This document shows positions 1-14,000 of a stretch of DNA of 64,000 nucleotides, piece by piece. The stretch is from assembly GCA_048128005.1 (NCBI GenBank), contig JBEUKZ010000115.1, forward strand, positions 124,001 through 188,000, read 5' to 3'. The position numbers and the translations under genes are program-made. The notes under the pieces were generated by a model, which worked only from the letters and a program-made list of their open reading frames with translations, searched no databases and was not told the origin of the DNA. Source of the stretch: Veleropilina oligotropha. Taxonomy: Eukaryota. How positions within the stretch are numbered: position 1 is the first letter of the stretch; each line of letters begins with the position of its first letter.

Positions 1-1354
1 TTTACGAGAGCAGTACAGGCCCTCGGAGCCTTCCTACACTCTCTAGGGCACAGGGTACATATGTACCTCGACGACTGGCTGATCATCGGGGCGTCCCGGG
101 ATCTGTGCCTCCGGTCTACGAGCTTTACCCTGTCATCGGCGAAGCGTCTGGGATATCAGATCAACGAGACAAAATCCTGCTTCGTACCCTCCAAGACGTT
201 TACGTTTCTCGGAGTCGACTTCGATACGGCCCGGTACACCGCGAAACCGACCCAGAAACGTATACGGAACCTACGCGCGGTTATTCAAGACACCCTGTCA
301 TCGGAGATAACTACGGCGCGACAACTGGCCACTGTCCTGGGGCACATAGAGTCGGTAGCGACCCTGCTACCGACGGGTCGAATGGAAACGACCGTTACAA
401 CAGGCGTTCAGAGATCGCTGGATACAACGGATGGGGCAGTGGACGGATCGTATCGATCTTCGGCATTGGTTTACCAGCACGACAGCAGTGTGGTTGAACC
501 CTGCTTTGCCGACCCAGTCGGTTCCTATATCCCCGCCAGAACCGAATGCTTACCTGTTCACAGATGCTTCGAACGACGGCTGGGGTGGTCACCTCGACAG
601 TTACGAGACATCGGGCCTATGGCCGACGGACCTTCAGGGACGATACATAAACTACCTAGAGCTAGAAGCGGTCTACCTGACAGTACGGTCCCTCTCGTCA
701 CATCTCCGCAACAAGCATATAATGCTCGCCACGGACAATACGACTGTCGTCGCATACATTCAACACCAGGGCGGCACTCGCTCGCGTCCCCTTTGCGACC
801 GAGCAATCGACCTACACCGCCTAGTGATGTCCCTCAACTCGACGATACGAGCAAGACACATCCCGGGAAAGCTGAATGTCAGAGCGGACTCGCTCTCTCG
901 GAAATCACAGATTATACACACAGAGTGGACGCTACACAGCCGAGTAGCTCGGGACGTTTGTCGCCGGTGGTCACAACCCCAAGTCGATCTGTTTGCAACA
1001 GAATTCAATTACCGACTACCTCTGTATGTCTCCCCATACCCGGACCCGGCCGCCCTAGCGGTCGACGCGTTGTCAATGACATGGGCGAATCTGTCCGCGT
1101 ATGCCTTCCCCCCGTCGTACATCCTGACACTCGTACTACAGAGGGCATCGAACGAACGTTGCGAGATAACGCTAATCGCGCCCCTGTATCGCACGCAACC
1201 TTGGTTTCCGACCCTCCTCGATCTGATCGTCGATCTACCGTTAGCGCTCCCGCAGAGACCGGACCTGTTAATGCAGGCGCGCAGTCGTGTATTACACCCG
1301 TCGCCGACGACTTACGTTTACACGCCTGGCGGTTATCGAACGATCCCTCGCTAA
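1..1354 (+). pseudogene. DIRS pol ORF (RT-RNaseH-MT), frameshifted near 388
   Basis: The RT frame (ORF at 61) stops resembling RT after LLPTGRM; the RNase H/MT motifs continue in the frame of ORF 431-1354. Confidence 0.88.
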
Positions 1355-2290
1355 GAAAGGATTTTCTCGCGCTACAGCCCTACGCATCTACCGATCGAGA
1401 AGGCTTTCCACGTCTAAAGTATACGACTACCGATGGGTCAAATACGTGGATTGGTATCACAGCCGGCAGGTCAATATTCTCCGCCCCCCCCCCCCCCCTG
1501 TGAACAAGTTTATCGAGTTTTTATCGTCGCTCTTTGAACGCGGAATGTCAGTGTCCGCCGTCAAAGGCTATCGGGCAACGGTCGCGAGTGCCGTGCCCGT
1601 GTTAGCCTATCTAGCGACCGAACGATTTTGGATTTTATACGATCCTACGAACTCGATATTCCGACCCGTACGATACGGCCGCCAGCCTGAAACATCGCTC
1701 TCATTCTTAACGCTCTCCTTCTACCCGTACGAGCCTATGGGCTCGGCCTCTATGAGGAACTTAATGCACAAAACGGATTTTTCTGATCGCCTTAGCGTCG
1801 GGCAGGCGTTGTTCTGAAATTCATAGTCTATCCGCAGAGCTACGAGACGTTCGTTTCCAGTCAGACGGGTCGGTGATGCGGCATCCTATCTTGGGTTTCC
1901 TCGCAAAGAATCAACGGCCGAACGAAGACGCCCCCGATATCGTTATCCCCAAGCTTACGCTGGTCGGAAGACACGATGTGGACCGATTAAACTGTCATGT
2001 GCGTGCCTTACGTTACTACCTCGACAGGACCCGTGATATGCGGTAGGGAAAACTACGTCTATTTTATTCGTATTTACCTTCTTATACCCGCGACATTACG
2101 AAGACGACTGTTTCGCGGTGGTTTTCACAGGTAGTGAGAGACGTGTACTCTCGCTGTGAAAAGTAGGCCGCACTATTGTATCGGCCCGCGCACACGAGGT
2201 CCGTGCTTTCGCAGATAAACATCTCAGCGTTGCTTCTAGAAATGTCTTTGTTAAGCATTTCCTGCGGGATTATTCCATGGGGCTGATGGG
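1287..2290 (+). pseudogene. DIRS tyrosine recombinase, degenerate
   Basis: N-terminal SAM-like part (STSKVYDYRW..FIEFLSSLF..SAVKGYRATV). In shifted frames: FLIALASGRRCSEIHSL (~1780-1830), CHVRALRYYLDRT (~1993-2031) and HEVRA (~2193), with stops and deletions. Confidence 0.82.
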
Positions 2291-3157
2291 TTGAGCAGTC
2301 TGCAATGAGTAGCTGCTCAACGATGTATTGTTAGACAAAGGTCATCTAATCAGTAGGCAAGTATTGTATCTTGATTAATCAATTTAATACTTCGTGCTGA
2401 AGCAATGTTATTGTTATGCCTAGGTGTTACATGTACTATGTAAACACATTATGAGGCGGTTCAATGTATGTTCATTTCTTAAAAACATTTTAAGATCTTG
2501 ATACTTTCATGTCATACCTGAGTATTTTGACAGGCCAGTTCACATTGAATTTAATAAACATTTATATTGCAAAAAGTCTTATAGGATTTTGAGGTTCAAT
2601 ATTATTGATGTTCTATGCTGTTATAGAACATACGATGTTCAAGACATTGAAATTTTTATAATATTTGATTCCTTAAAATTTATTTTAAGTAACATGTACT
2701 CATGTTAGCCTTTCGCAAGTTGGTCATGCGAATTACTTATTAATACCGAATATTTGTATAATCTATTAATTCTTTGCTTAGGATTTGATGTCTTCACAAC
2801 CTATTAGGTTCCGTGTGACTACAAATCCGACTGCTTCCTCTGGCTACCGGCCTATGGCCCGGAGTACCAGTTGGCTGCCACTGGTCCATGACACGCAAGA
2901 CCTACAAGGATCTTCCTTCCGGCCGTGCCTGGGACTGATTGCACTTCCGTTCACCTTGTCCGGCTAACACCACGGCGTATCTCCCGGTATCACTGGTCGA
3001 AATTCTCGCCTGGTAAGAGTAAAATATAATACTCAGCAGATTCTACTATGAGCGGACACAATCGGCGCTTCAAGCTGATTGATATGGTGAAAAGTAAGTC
3101 ATAATCTTGTTTGGGATTGTTGTAAGGAACTTCTTACCCACCTATCCAAGGTCATTC

Positions 3158-3570
3158 TGGCAAGTGTAAGGACGTAAGTAAGTTTGTAACTACATATGAG
3201 GTTTTTAAGTAAACCTAATATTAGTTAAAACATACTTACGTCCTTACTATGATTACCCGCCCTGCGCTTCGCATTCCTCCCCTCTTACTAAGTTCCTTTG
3301 GTGTTCTGAACTTTGAATTGAAGCCTTTTGGCCTTGAGCTCGGACATCTCGCGAGACCTCGCCGGGGGAACTTATAGAGGGGGAGCAGGGGAGGTAATCG
3401 TAGTGTTTTGACTTAATAGTGCATAAAGTGTGACTTATTCACTGTTTCCGGTTACCGATAATATGACTATTATGGCAAGTGTAAGGACGTAAGTATGTTT
3501 TATACTAATATTAGGTTTAAATTAAAACCTCATTTTAACTAATATTAGGTTTACTTAAAAACCTCATTTT
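3158..3570. repeat. DIRS 3' terminal ICR/ITR repeat complex
   Basis: TGGCAAGTGTAAGGACGTAAGTA occurs at 3158-3180 and 3473-3495. 3196-3247 is the reverse complement of 3481-3533, and the end segment is repeated again at ~3534-3570. Confidence 0.85.
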
Positions 3571-3800
3571 GCTCCTACCGTACATCTAAATTGGATATAT
3601 GAATCAAAGACATACCAGGGGGCATCAATACAAGATTTACAAAAACCGATTCCGACTTGACGTTAGAAAATACTTTTTCTCAAACCGGGTTGTCGATGAA
3701 TGGAATGCTCTTCCTAATAATGTAGTGGAATCGACATCTATAAACTAATTTAAAAATTACCTAGATGAACATGTTAAGACGCAGGGCATGTTATAGAGGA
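3571..3800 (+). mobile_element. CR1-type LINE ORF2 3' fragment
   Basis: Translates [52 protein letters not shown], a typical CR1 ORF2 C-terminus. Confidence 0.8.
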
Positions 3801-3819
3801 CAAAACAACTTCAATGGGT

Positions 3820-4294
3820 TTTTATCCCCCACCCGAAGGTAGCGTGGGATATTGTTGCTGCCATGTCCGTCCGGGCATCCGTATGTCTATAAACAATTTG
3901 GTTAATGTTTCAAATTGAGTGTATATAGCTTGCCCATGATACTTTTTTGGCATATATATGCTTTTGTAGGCATTATATGGATGACACCTGGTACTCTGGA
4001 AGTGAGATTGAATAAAATTTAATATAATTATTGCATAAATGTAGGGAGACATATCGGACCGTGGTTCTTGTTCATTAAGTCGAGTGAATTTCCATTCTGT
4101 TCCGTTATTGCATATATATTCTTTGGTGATGCTTATATTGATACCACCTTTTACTGTAGCAATGATATCGAATATCATTTTATATAAATATTGAATAAAC
4201 TTGATGTGTTTGGACATATAAATTTTGGTTAAAGTTTATATCAGAGTGATTGCGGAAGGCGGGGGATGAATCCGTTTTCTAACGGGCTCTTGTT
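3820..4294 (-). mobile_element. Helentron-associated (HINE/DINE-like) non-autonomous element
   Basis: ATCCCCC / GGGGGAT sub-terminal inverted repeat, (GTCC)-type microsatellite, terminal hairpin and CTTGTT end. Confidence 0.55.
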
Positions 4295-4531
4295 ATACGA
4301 GTGACAGTAATGCACTTTCTAAACCCAAACAAATTATATTTAATAATATATTTAATCTTGTTAGCGTGTTAATAACTGCCACTCTTGAACAGCATTGTAT
4401 TTGCTCAGAGTGGCAGTAGTATGATTAATATGGTAATCTATATGATAACCATATTAACTAACCAGAGCTCAGATGGTTATCTGCTTGATCAAACCACTAG
4501 CTGTCATTTTATGATGACGTTATTTTTTCAG

Positions 4532-4770
4532 TTGAAGAGAAAGCTCAGAAGACGGTGCAGACTTTGATTTCTGCCATGAACAAAATTCGCTACGAAGTCT
4601 CTGAGCTAAACGAACGTCTGAAGCAGAGCAAGGACTCGATTGTACAACTCAAGAAGGAAATTGTAAAGCAAGAAGATGGCGACGGCCAAACAGAAGAGGT
4701 TTCCGTTACCACGCCAACCGTGCAGACTCCAGTTGCCATGCCAACTGTCAAAATGGAAACGGACTCTTGA
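4532..4770 (+). CDS. YEATS4: Terminal coding exon of YEATS domain-containing protein 4 (GAS41), C-terminal coiled coil
   Basis: ttttttcag acceptor at 4531 (phase 1), then EEKAQKTVQTLISAMNKIRYEVSELNERLKQSKDSIVQLKKEIVKQEDGD... This resembles the GAS41 C-terminus as recalled (EIAELKERLKASRETINCLKNEI). TGA at 4768-4770; AATAAA signals at ~5108-5265. Confidence 0.75.
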
Positions 4771-6457
4771 CTGGCAGAGGTGTTATGACTATAAATCGTG
4801 ACTGTAATAGGAATTCTATTCCTTGATGGCAGAATGTTCAAGCATTCTACAAGAATGACGTTCATTTAGGTACAATTGTCGAGGGTTTACTGGATCATCT
4901 TTACATACATGAAATGATCATGTGGGATTTTCAATGATGGCATGTTTTATAGTCCTAGTTTATTTTTCTCTTCATGTATCGGAATCCTGACATTTTCACA
5001 TTTGGGTCATAAAGCTACTTCAAGATTAGACTTAATACTGAATTAAGTAAGTTCAGACGTTCTTGGGAAGAGCAGCACAAAGTCGAATCATTCTGGTACA
5101 TCCGCTAAATAAAAACAATGTTTGTACCATGTAGAACATATGACGAAAATGAACACTGTACAAATTAATACGGTGTTACCTTCAATTAATAATTTTTGTT
5201 ATTGAATGATGAAATTGTACAAATATTCTTAACAATAATAAATGAATATATACTTTGATAATAAAGTTTGTAACCTAAATTTTCACGTATTGTTTCTATA
5301 AGTTGAATTGTTCATATTACCAGGCATCTTCGAGGTCAGTTTGATAAAACTGACGGGCAATGGCAATAACATTTTTCTCTTGATAACCGAGTTATTTCAA
5401 CTGACCAATCACAGGCCTCCGAGGACTCCACTATTGATATGTTGATATGAACCAGTTTACTATGGTGACCAGTTGTATATGTAAACAGAACCCGGTTGAA
5501 CGTCTCCTAGCGACGGGCGGATAGCAGATTTGTAATCCATCCCTTCTATTAATAGTTTAAACTAATTAGTTTCAGCCACGCTAGAGCGGGAATCTACCCT
5601 ACCGTCCCACTGTTTTTCCGATGCTCTACCAGCTGAACTATCAAGGACAGTTTAAAAAATAAATACATTCTCAATATTCTGGTTATCAGATACTGTTGAA
5701 TATATTGTATATTTTACACAAAAGCATTTTCGTACATAACAAGTTTATTGTCATAGCTGATATACTCATCATTGAACAGAAACAAACAATATACCAAAGA
5801 CATAACCAACTCAGTAGTGATAACAACATTCATCGTGGATGAAACATCCATTCAACATCATACAAACAATGGGACTATACTTTTCCATGATAAAACTACA
5901 CACAGATAAATCGAATAGTTAATAGCATCATATTTAAAATGTCATAAATATGTCTGAATACATGATGAATAAATATGACATCAAACTGCTTATTACTTGT
6001 CAACATTTTATTACATGCACTGATACCTTAATGCAGGAGACAGGATGGACAGTACTCTACTTGACAGAATAATATTTGTTAAAGAAAATATAACCATATT
6101 CAAGCGTGCAGGCATGATCTGTTCTCGATGTGAAGTTGACAGATGAACTACAGACACATCCACCTACCAGGAGACATAATGTCATGAAGGCACACAGTTT
6201 ATCTATTATATTGCAGGCTGCAATATGTATGCCATACTTCTTAAGATATGAAGATGGAGCAGGTTGTTCAGCCACAACCATGATTCGTTGAAAACATCAA
6301 ATTGGCTTCAGGACCCAAATGTCATTCTTACTGTCAGAGCAACTATATATTCATTTTAAAAGCACAACAGTTGCTGTGTTGTAACGTAACACAATGTTAA
6401 TAGATTGTCTCAGTAAATGATCATTGTAATTTCGAATATAGATTTCACCTTGGAGTT

Positions 6458-6572
6458 GGTAATTGTGTTGCCCCAAGTCGCTTGTACTAATTGTGTTGCC
6501 CCAAGTCGCTTGTACTGGTAATTGTGTTGCCCCAAGTCGTTGGTAATTGTGTTGCCCCAAGTCGCTTGTACT
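6458..6572. repeat. Short minisatellite (TAATTGTGTTGCCCCAAGTCG core, 4 copies)
   Basis: Direct inspection. Confidence 0.9.
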
Positions 6573-7906
6573 GATTGCCCTGTTTAGCAGGAGTGGGCTC
6601 AAATCCTCGCATTGCAGAATTGTAGTTAACAATGACATTTCCCTTAACTGGCCATTGTGAGCGGGCTTCACCGGATAATCTGGGCTTTTTGCCTACAAAA
6701 ATGTGTGCGTGCCTCAAGATGGCGAAAGATGATAAAACACAATAAACAAAAAAGCTCCAAATCCCAGTTTACCATGGTTAAGGAATGGCAATGAACAATA
6801 ACCATATATACAATTTTCACATACATGTACTAGTATGTACAAATACTTGACACTTTTAAATAGGCAACAATAAATTAACAAGAAGACAAAGCCATCCATA
6901 TCGACCACAATGGTACATTCATAAAGATGTTAGCAAAGATTATTTGAATGTTCAAATTAGCAAGGGTCACTCGATCAACAATCGCTCAATGATATTGTCC
7001 AAATGCACCAGCTCAACAACTGAATGCACCCACCAAGTACATAAAGATATGTTGAGCAGTTTATGATATAATATACTTCGGAAAAGATAATTTTAACGAT
7101 TTTTGGAACAAGGGCAATAACTCTGTCAATAATCGCCACCAGCTCTCCAACAACTGAATACCGTAAAGCTTCTAACTGGTGCCGGGCCTTCAATAGTCGC
7201 CAGGATATGAGTGTATTGCATTTAATAGGTGCTGGTTCAGTCAGATATTTACTGCAAGCGGTCATACATGCATGGTTATTCTTAATTTAGAAAAGAATAC
7301 TGCACGTGTCCTGCGGCTTTGCCTCATGGTTTCCTCAGGATCGGCTAAATGGTCAACAAAATTATTACTAAACAGGCGCCGGGCCTCTGATAGCCATTGG
7401 GTCTATGAGCTACCTGAATTTATTAGAAGCTTTATGGTACCTATCAAGTTTTGTAAAGATATGTGGTTTAAGAGATTTACTCCAGAAGAGTTCATTTGCA
7501 CAGACAAACTGTGTGCATTTTAATAACCCCCGACTACACGGTACACGTCATTTTATTACAGTTATACAACATAAATCGCAAACTCATTGTCGATTTGTAT
7601 TCTGTATAAAATATTATGCAGTTCTGTAAAGACATATTAAGTACAGTAATAATTGGCTAAAAATAATCAACATTCGGTTGTTGATTAAAGTAGCACCTCT
7701 TGTCATTGACTCTGTATAAATAAGTAATCTATATATTTGTTTTGTACATTGACCAATTCCACTGAATTTCCTTTATTTCATTGGCTAATATAAATATATA
7801 GCAGAAACAGTTTTGACCGTCGATATTCTGCTGTGAGTTGCAATGTATCCAAATGGTCACCTTATTTGCAATGCCCTTCTTCTCCCTCTTGTCGGATTCA
7901 GAAAAG

Positions 7907-8011
7907 CTACGTGTTAATGTTTTCTTGACGTTTAAGAAGTTTTTCCTTTTGGATAACGGTCTTCTCGAAAGAACGTGATAATTGTACAATTTCTTTGAGC
8001 TTTACTGAAAT
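7907..8011 (-). CDS. Kinase terminal exon (ISVKLKEIVQLSRSFEKTVIQKEKLLKRQENINT*)
   Basis: ctttcag acceptor, phase 0; TAG at 7907-7909. Confidence 0.85.
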   Translation of the reverse strand: MSVKLKEIVQLSRSFEKTVIQKEKLLKRQENINT

Positions 8012-11000
8012 CTGAAAGACAAAAACATTGAGACAAGATGATTCATGTGAAACCGGTTTTTATCCAGTTTAACATCCAGGCTACTACATCTTAACTATCA
8101 TTTTCGCATAGCAGTTTTGTTACGTAGAGTCAAATTGGAAGGCAAATTATAAACCGAATCCAGAAAATTTCATGGATTAAATGCAAAAAGTTTTCATTTT
8201 CTCTTTGTGACATTTCTCTTTGTGTATTTGAGAACCTTGACAATACATTGATCAGTCTTGGCTGTGTTGCTTTAATCTTTATAACATGCAGTGAAACTGC
8301 CATCAACAACTTTTTTGACCTGCTTGAACGTGGGTCGTGCCTCCGGCTCTGGGACCCAGCAACTCCGCATCAGGTCCCTATATGTGGGCATGACATCGAT
8401 GAAGTTAGGGATCAGGGGCCGCCCGCCATTCCGCACAATCTCCATCACCTAGAATGCAAAGTTCACTTGATATTTAACCAGTCATTCAAAGAATGAAACC
8501 ACTTAAATTGCATAACTAAATAAATATGCGAATTGGTGGCCCTGAATATGTCTGAGCTGATATGCGTTAAATTAGTGACAATAGTCTACGAAAATAGGAT
8601 TTCTCAGAACGATCACTGGATGTACTAGACTTGTTCCCGCTTCGTTTTCCACACCATATTCTTGTTACTGCTTCGTTTTCCACCACATTATTTGACTGTT
8701 TCCTTTCCCACCATATTATTTTAATACTTGATTGTTAAACGTTTCTGGGTTTGCTGACTATAATAAAATATGATTTGGTCATTATCATCGCATCAACAAG
8801 TAACTTGAGCAGATACAATATTCGGTGCTATTGCGCTTACTTCCGTTTGAGAGGATATATTTTTGAATGGCTCCTCACGGACGAGGATTTCCCACATCGT
8901 GATTCCGAATGAATAGACATCGCAGCTGCTGATGAACTGAGGAATCATCTCCGGAGAATCAGCAAAGTAGAGCAGCTCTGGTGCAGACCATCGGATAGTC
9001 GCGGGACACGTGCTCACCTCTCTTTGACCTGGAAATAAAGGAACCATTGGATATGTACAATCTCGTAGCGCGGATAGGACAGAACAAATTTTTCAATGAA
9101 TTAAATTATAATTAAACGCTCAGTCACGAGTGACAGCATATGTATCCCCCGGTTATGACCTGTCTAGTCTTGCGATCGCAAGGAATTATGCTTTAAAATC
9201 CAAGATGGAGCCCACACCGGCCATCTTGGAGGTCGGACCACATCCAAAATCTCTAGGTGTCGTGTCCTCACCCAAGCCAATGCACATACCAAATTTGAAA
9301 ACATTCCGTTAAGAAATTACCTGTCTAGAGCGATCACGAGGAATCTCTCGAAGGCGGCCATCTTGGAGGTCGGACCACACCCGAGATTTAGACGTGTAGT
9401 GTCCTCACCCAAACTAATGCACATACCAAATTTGAAAACATTCCATTCAGAAATGGCCTGTCTAGAGCGATCACGAGGAATCTCTCGACAGTGGCCATCT
9501 TGGAGGTCGGACCACGCCCGAGATCTATAAGTGTAGTGTTTTCACTCAAACCAATGCACATACCAAATTTGAAAACATTCTGTTAAGAAATGACCTGTAC
9601 ATGTCTAGAGCGATCACAAGCAATTATGGTGGTGATCTTGGAGGTCGAACCACACCCAAAATCTATAGGTGTCGTGTCCTCGCCCCAACCAATGCACATA
9701 CCAAATTTCAAAACATTCCGTTAAGAAATGGCCTGTCTAGAGCAATCACAAGGAATTATGCTTAAAATTCAAGATGGAGGTCGGACCACATCCAAATTAT
9801 ATAGGTGTCGTGTCCTCGCCTCAACCAATGCAGGCATGTGAACTGTCACGAATTTTCGTGATTGTCACGAATTCAGGGGTCCAAAATTGACGTTTCCCGA
9901 ATTCACGAAAACGTATAAAAATATCACGAATTCCGATATTTTTAGAAATACAGATTTCTTAGCATGAAAACAGTGCATTTCTGAGCAAATAATTTTATTT
10001 CCTCATTAATTGACTGGAAATGATTGATCACCACTAACGGTCACGTACCCCAGTGCAACACGTGTTAACAGCTCAAGTTTCCGCGTCGGGTTTATCGCTT
10101 ATATCCCGCTGTTATGTCGCGAGTTGCAAAAATCGACACTCCACGCCGCCATTGTTAATTCGTTTTCCGGGAGAGGCTCATGGTAATTAATTAGGAATTT
10201 GGTTCAATGAAAGACTAGTAACAGTGATAACATTGTAGTTTCTTTAGGATAAGCGTTTTATTTCCCATGTTCATTTTAATGAAATTTAATGAAGTATAAT
10301 TTATCTCACTAATTGCGTCACGACATCGGCTACTTCCGTAACTTCAAAGCGCGAGTGGTAATATAGAGATAATAGCGTTATCGGGTTTGTTTCCTGTGTG
10401 CAGGTATAAATATGGTAAGTACTAGACATTCGGCACATTTCAATTTGCGAAAGCAAGAAATAGTACACCGTTTTCACAAGTTTAAAGTATGCCGAAAAGA
10501 GCGAGATCGCCAGATAGGGAACTTACTCCCAAGACGAAGAGAGTAAAACGTCAAACGCATTTCCAGGCTAGTTGGATCGGGGAATTCGGATCCCTTATTA
10601 GAAAAACTGCCATGTTATGAATTTAAGCCATCATTGAAGTTGTTGGATGATGCAAAGTCGTGTACATATAAACTACTAAAAGACAATGAAACAAAAAAGA
10701 CATGAACATTATGAACAATCATACCATAAAGTGCTCTACATCACAATATTATACATTTTTATACTGAACTGTTTTTATTTGCTTGTTTATTAAATATTTG
10801 AAACCAATACATTGTTGATTTTTCATTATGTATGTAGAAACATGGAAAATTATGTCGCGAAATGGGTCGATAAAAATGGTCCCTAATTTTGGGTCCAATT
10901 CACTAATTTTGATCTGAGATGTCCCTAATTTTGATTTCAAAAGGTTCACATGCCTGCCAATGCACAACCAAATTTGAAAACATTCCGTTAAGAAACGACC

Positions 11001-14000
11001 TGTCTTGAGCGATCACAAGGAATTATGCTTAAAATTCAAGATGGAGGCCAAAGCGGCCATCTTGGAGGTCGTACCACACCCAAATTCTATAGGTGTTGTG
11101 TCCTCGCCCCAACCAATGCACATACCAAATTTGAACACATTCCGTTATGAAACGGCCTGCCTAGAGCGATCACGAGGAATCTATCGACAGACGCGGCGGC
11201 GTAACGAATGCTAAACCCTAGTATCCCCCGATACTTTCGTTTCGGGGGATACAATTAATTTTACACTTTATGCCATGGGAATGTTTGTTAAGAAATCAAA
11301 CTTAATGAGAACACCAATATAAATCCAGTTTTACTTCATATATACTAGAGATGCACATCCCGTTGGCATCTCCCCGCTACTCTGCCACGGGTGTGTTCTC
11401 TGACAACAGCATGGATATTTAGTATAGCATCAACGATAACCGAGAGATAGAGATTGCAGTTTTAAGTAATAGAAGCATAATGATTTGCCCAGTGGCCACT
11501 TACAAAAGCAGTTGTCGATTTGGCATCCATCCCTCAGCGGTTGAATGAATTTCGTTATTCCAAAGTCACACACCTAAAATGAACAAAACGTCATTCCAAC
11601 CCATAACAGAAGAATATCAACTTATAACTCAAACTCTACTTCCAACTCAACTCTACTCTTGATACTATTTAAGCCATTCATTAATTATTATAAATCGTCA
11701 TTGAGAACTTGACTCGACAGCTTGATACAAAACAATAATGCAGATTAACTCCATAAACATTATTACTTTAACTTGTGTAACATAAATACTTGAATAAACA
11801 AAATATTCAAACATAATGAAATTACATATCAATGTTAGTACTGTAGTTTGATATGTTTTCATGGCAAACATGAAATATTTGGTTTTACAGACAAATTGTA
11901 TTAAAATTCAGAGATCCTTCAGGTGTTGCGCATGGTTGTGTGTCAACGATGCACAGTGGCTGTGATAAGAATATTATTGTATGTTTATCTCATGCACCGT
12001 GGCAGGCCCTTAACCTTGACCCGGTCACCATTGTTGACCTGGCTGCTATCATTGATAAGGATATTGTTGTATTTGTATCCCATCCACAGGGGCAGGCCCT
12101 ACCTTGACCCGGTCACCATTGTTGACCTGGCTGCTATCGTTGATAAGGATATTGTTGTATTTGTATCCCATCCACAGGGGCAGGCCCTACCTTGACCTGG
12201 CTGCTATCATTGATAAGGATATTGTTGTATTTGTATCCCATCCACAGTGGCAGGCCCTACCTTGACCCGGTCACCATTGTTGACCTGTCTGCTATCGTTG
12301 ATAAGGATATTGTTGTATTTGTATCCCATCCACAAGGGCAGGCCCTACCTTGACCCGGTCACCATTGTTGACCTGGCTGCTATCGTTGATAAGGATATTG
12401 TTGTATTTGTATCCCATCCACAGGGGCAGGCCCTACCTTGACCTGGCTGCTATCATTGATAAGGATATTGTTGTATTTGTATCCCATCCACAGTGGCAGG
12501 CCCTACCTTGACCCGGTCACCATTGTTGACCTGTCTGCTATCGTTGATAAGGATATTGTTGTATTTGTATCCCATCCACAAGGGCAGGCCCTACCTTGAC
12601 ACGGTCACCATTGTTGACCTGGCTGCTATCGTTGATAAGGATATTGTTGTATTTGTATCCCATCCACAGTGGCAGGCCCTACCTTGACCCGGTCACCATT
12701 GTTGACCTGGCTGCTATCGTTGATAAGGATATTGTTGTATTTGTATCCCATCCACAGGGGCAGGCCCTACCTTGACCTGGCTGCTATCATTGATAAGGAT
12801 ATTGTTGTATTTGTATCCCATCCACAGTGGCAGGCCCTACCTTAACCCGGTCACCATTGTTGACCTGTCTGCTATCGTTGATAAGGATATTGTTGTATTT
12901 GTATCCCATCCACAGGGGCAGGCCCTACCTTGACCCGGTCACCATTGTTGACCTGTCTGCTATCGTTGATAAGGATATTGTTGTATTTGTATCCCATCCA
13001 CAGGGGCAGGCCCTACCTTGACCTGGCTGCTACATTTGATGAGGATGTTGTATGGGTCCCCCATGCAGTGGCAGGCCCTGCCTTGACCTGGCCGCCATCG
13101 TTGATAAAGATGTTGTATTTGTACTCCATCCACAGGGGCCGGCCCTACCTTGATCTGGCTGCTACTTTTGATGGGGATGTTGTACGAGTCCCCCATGCAG
13201 TGGCAGGCCGCCATCGTTGATAAGGATATTGTTGTATTTGTACCCCATCCACAGTGGCAGGCCCTACCTTGACTTGGCTGCTATCGTTGATAAGGATATT
13301 GTTGTATTTGTATCCCATCCACAGTGGCAGGCCCTACCTTGACCTGGCTGCTATCGTTGATAAGGATATTGTTGTATTTGTATCCCATCCACAGGGGCAG
13401 GCCCTACCTTGACTGGCCGCCATCGTTGATAAGGATATTGTTGTATTTGTACCCCTTCAACACTGGCAGGCCCTACTTTGACTGGCCGCCATCGTTGATA
13501 ATGATATTGTTGTATTTGTACCCCATCCACAGTGGCAGTCCCTGCCTTGACCTGGCTGCTATCATTGATAAGGATATTGCTGTATTTGTACCCCTTCAAC
13601 ACTGGCAGGCCCTGCCTTGACATGGCTGCTATCATTGATAAGGATATTGCTGTATTTGTACCCCTTCAACACTGGCAGGCCCTGCCTTGACCTGGCTGCT
13701 ATCATTGATAAGGATATTGCTGTATTTGTACCCCTTCAACACTGGCAGGCCCTGCCTTGACCTGGCTGCTATCATTGATAAGGATATTGCTGTATTTGTA
13801 CCCCTTCAACACTGGCAGGCCCCACCTTGCCTGGCCGCCATCGTTGATAAGGATATTGTTGTATTTGTACCCCATCCACAGTGGCAGGCTCTACTTTGAC
13901 TGCAGGCCCTACTTTGACCTGGCCGCTATCATTGATAAGGATATTGTTGTATTTGTACCCCATCCACAGTGGCAGGCTCTACTTTGACCTGACTGCAAAT

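Larger units (their letters stand above)
1..3570 (+). mobile_element. DIRS1-like tyrosine-recombinase retrotransposon (5' part outside the window, decayed)
   Basis: RT (YLDDWLI, FLGVDFD), RNase H (LFTDAS, INYLELEAV, TDNTTVVAYI), DIRS methyltransferase-like domain (DLFAT..AYAFPP..QPWF) and an overlapping YR ORF. The 3' end has direct and inverted repeats at 3158-3570 and ends in TTTT. The coding part is GC-rich against AT-rich flanks. Confidence 0.93.

Noticed and set aside
390..1503. C-terminal ~370 aa of the 480-aa ORF 61-1503 as a real protein
   Set aside because: After ~388 it is an off-frame read of the DIRS RNase H/MT region caused by a frameshift.
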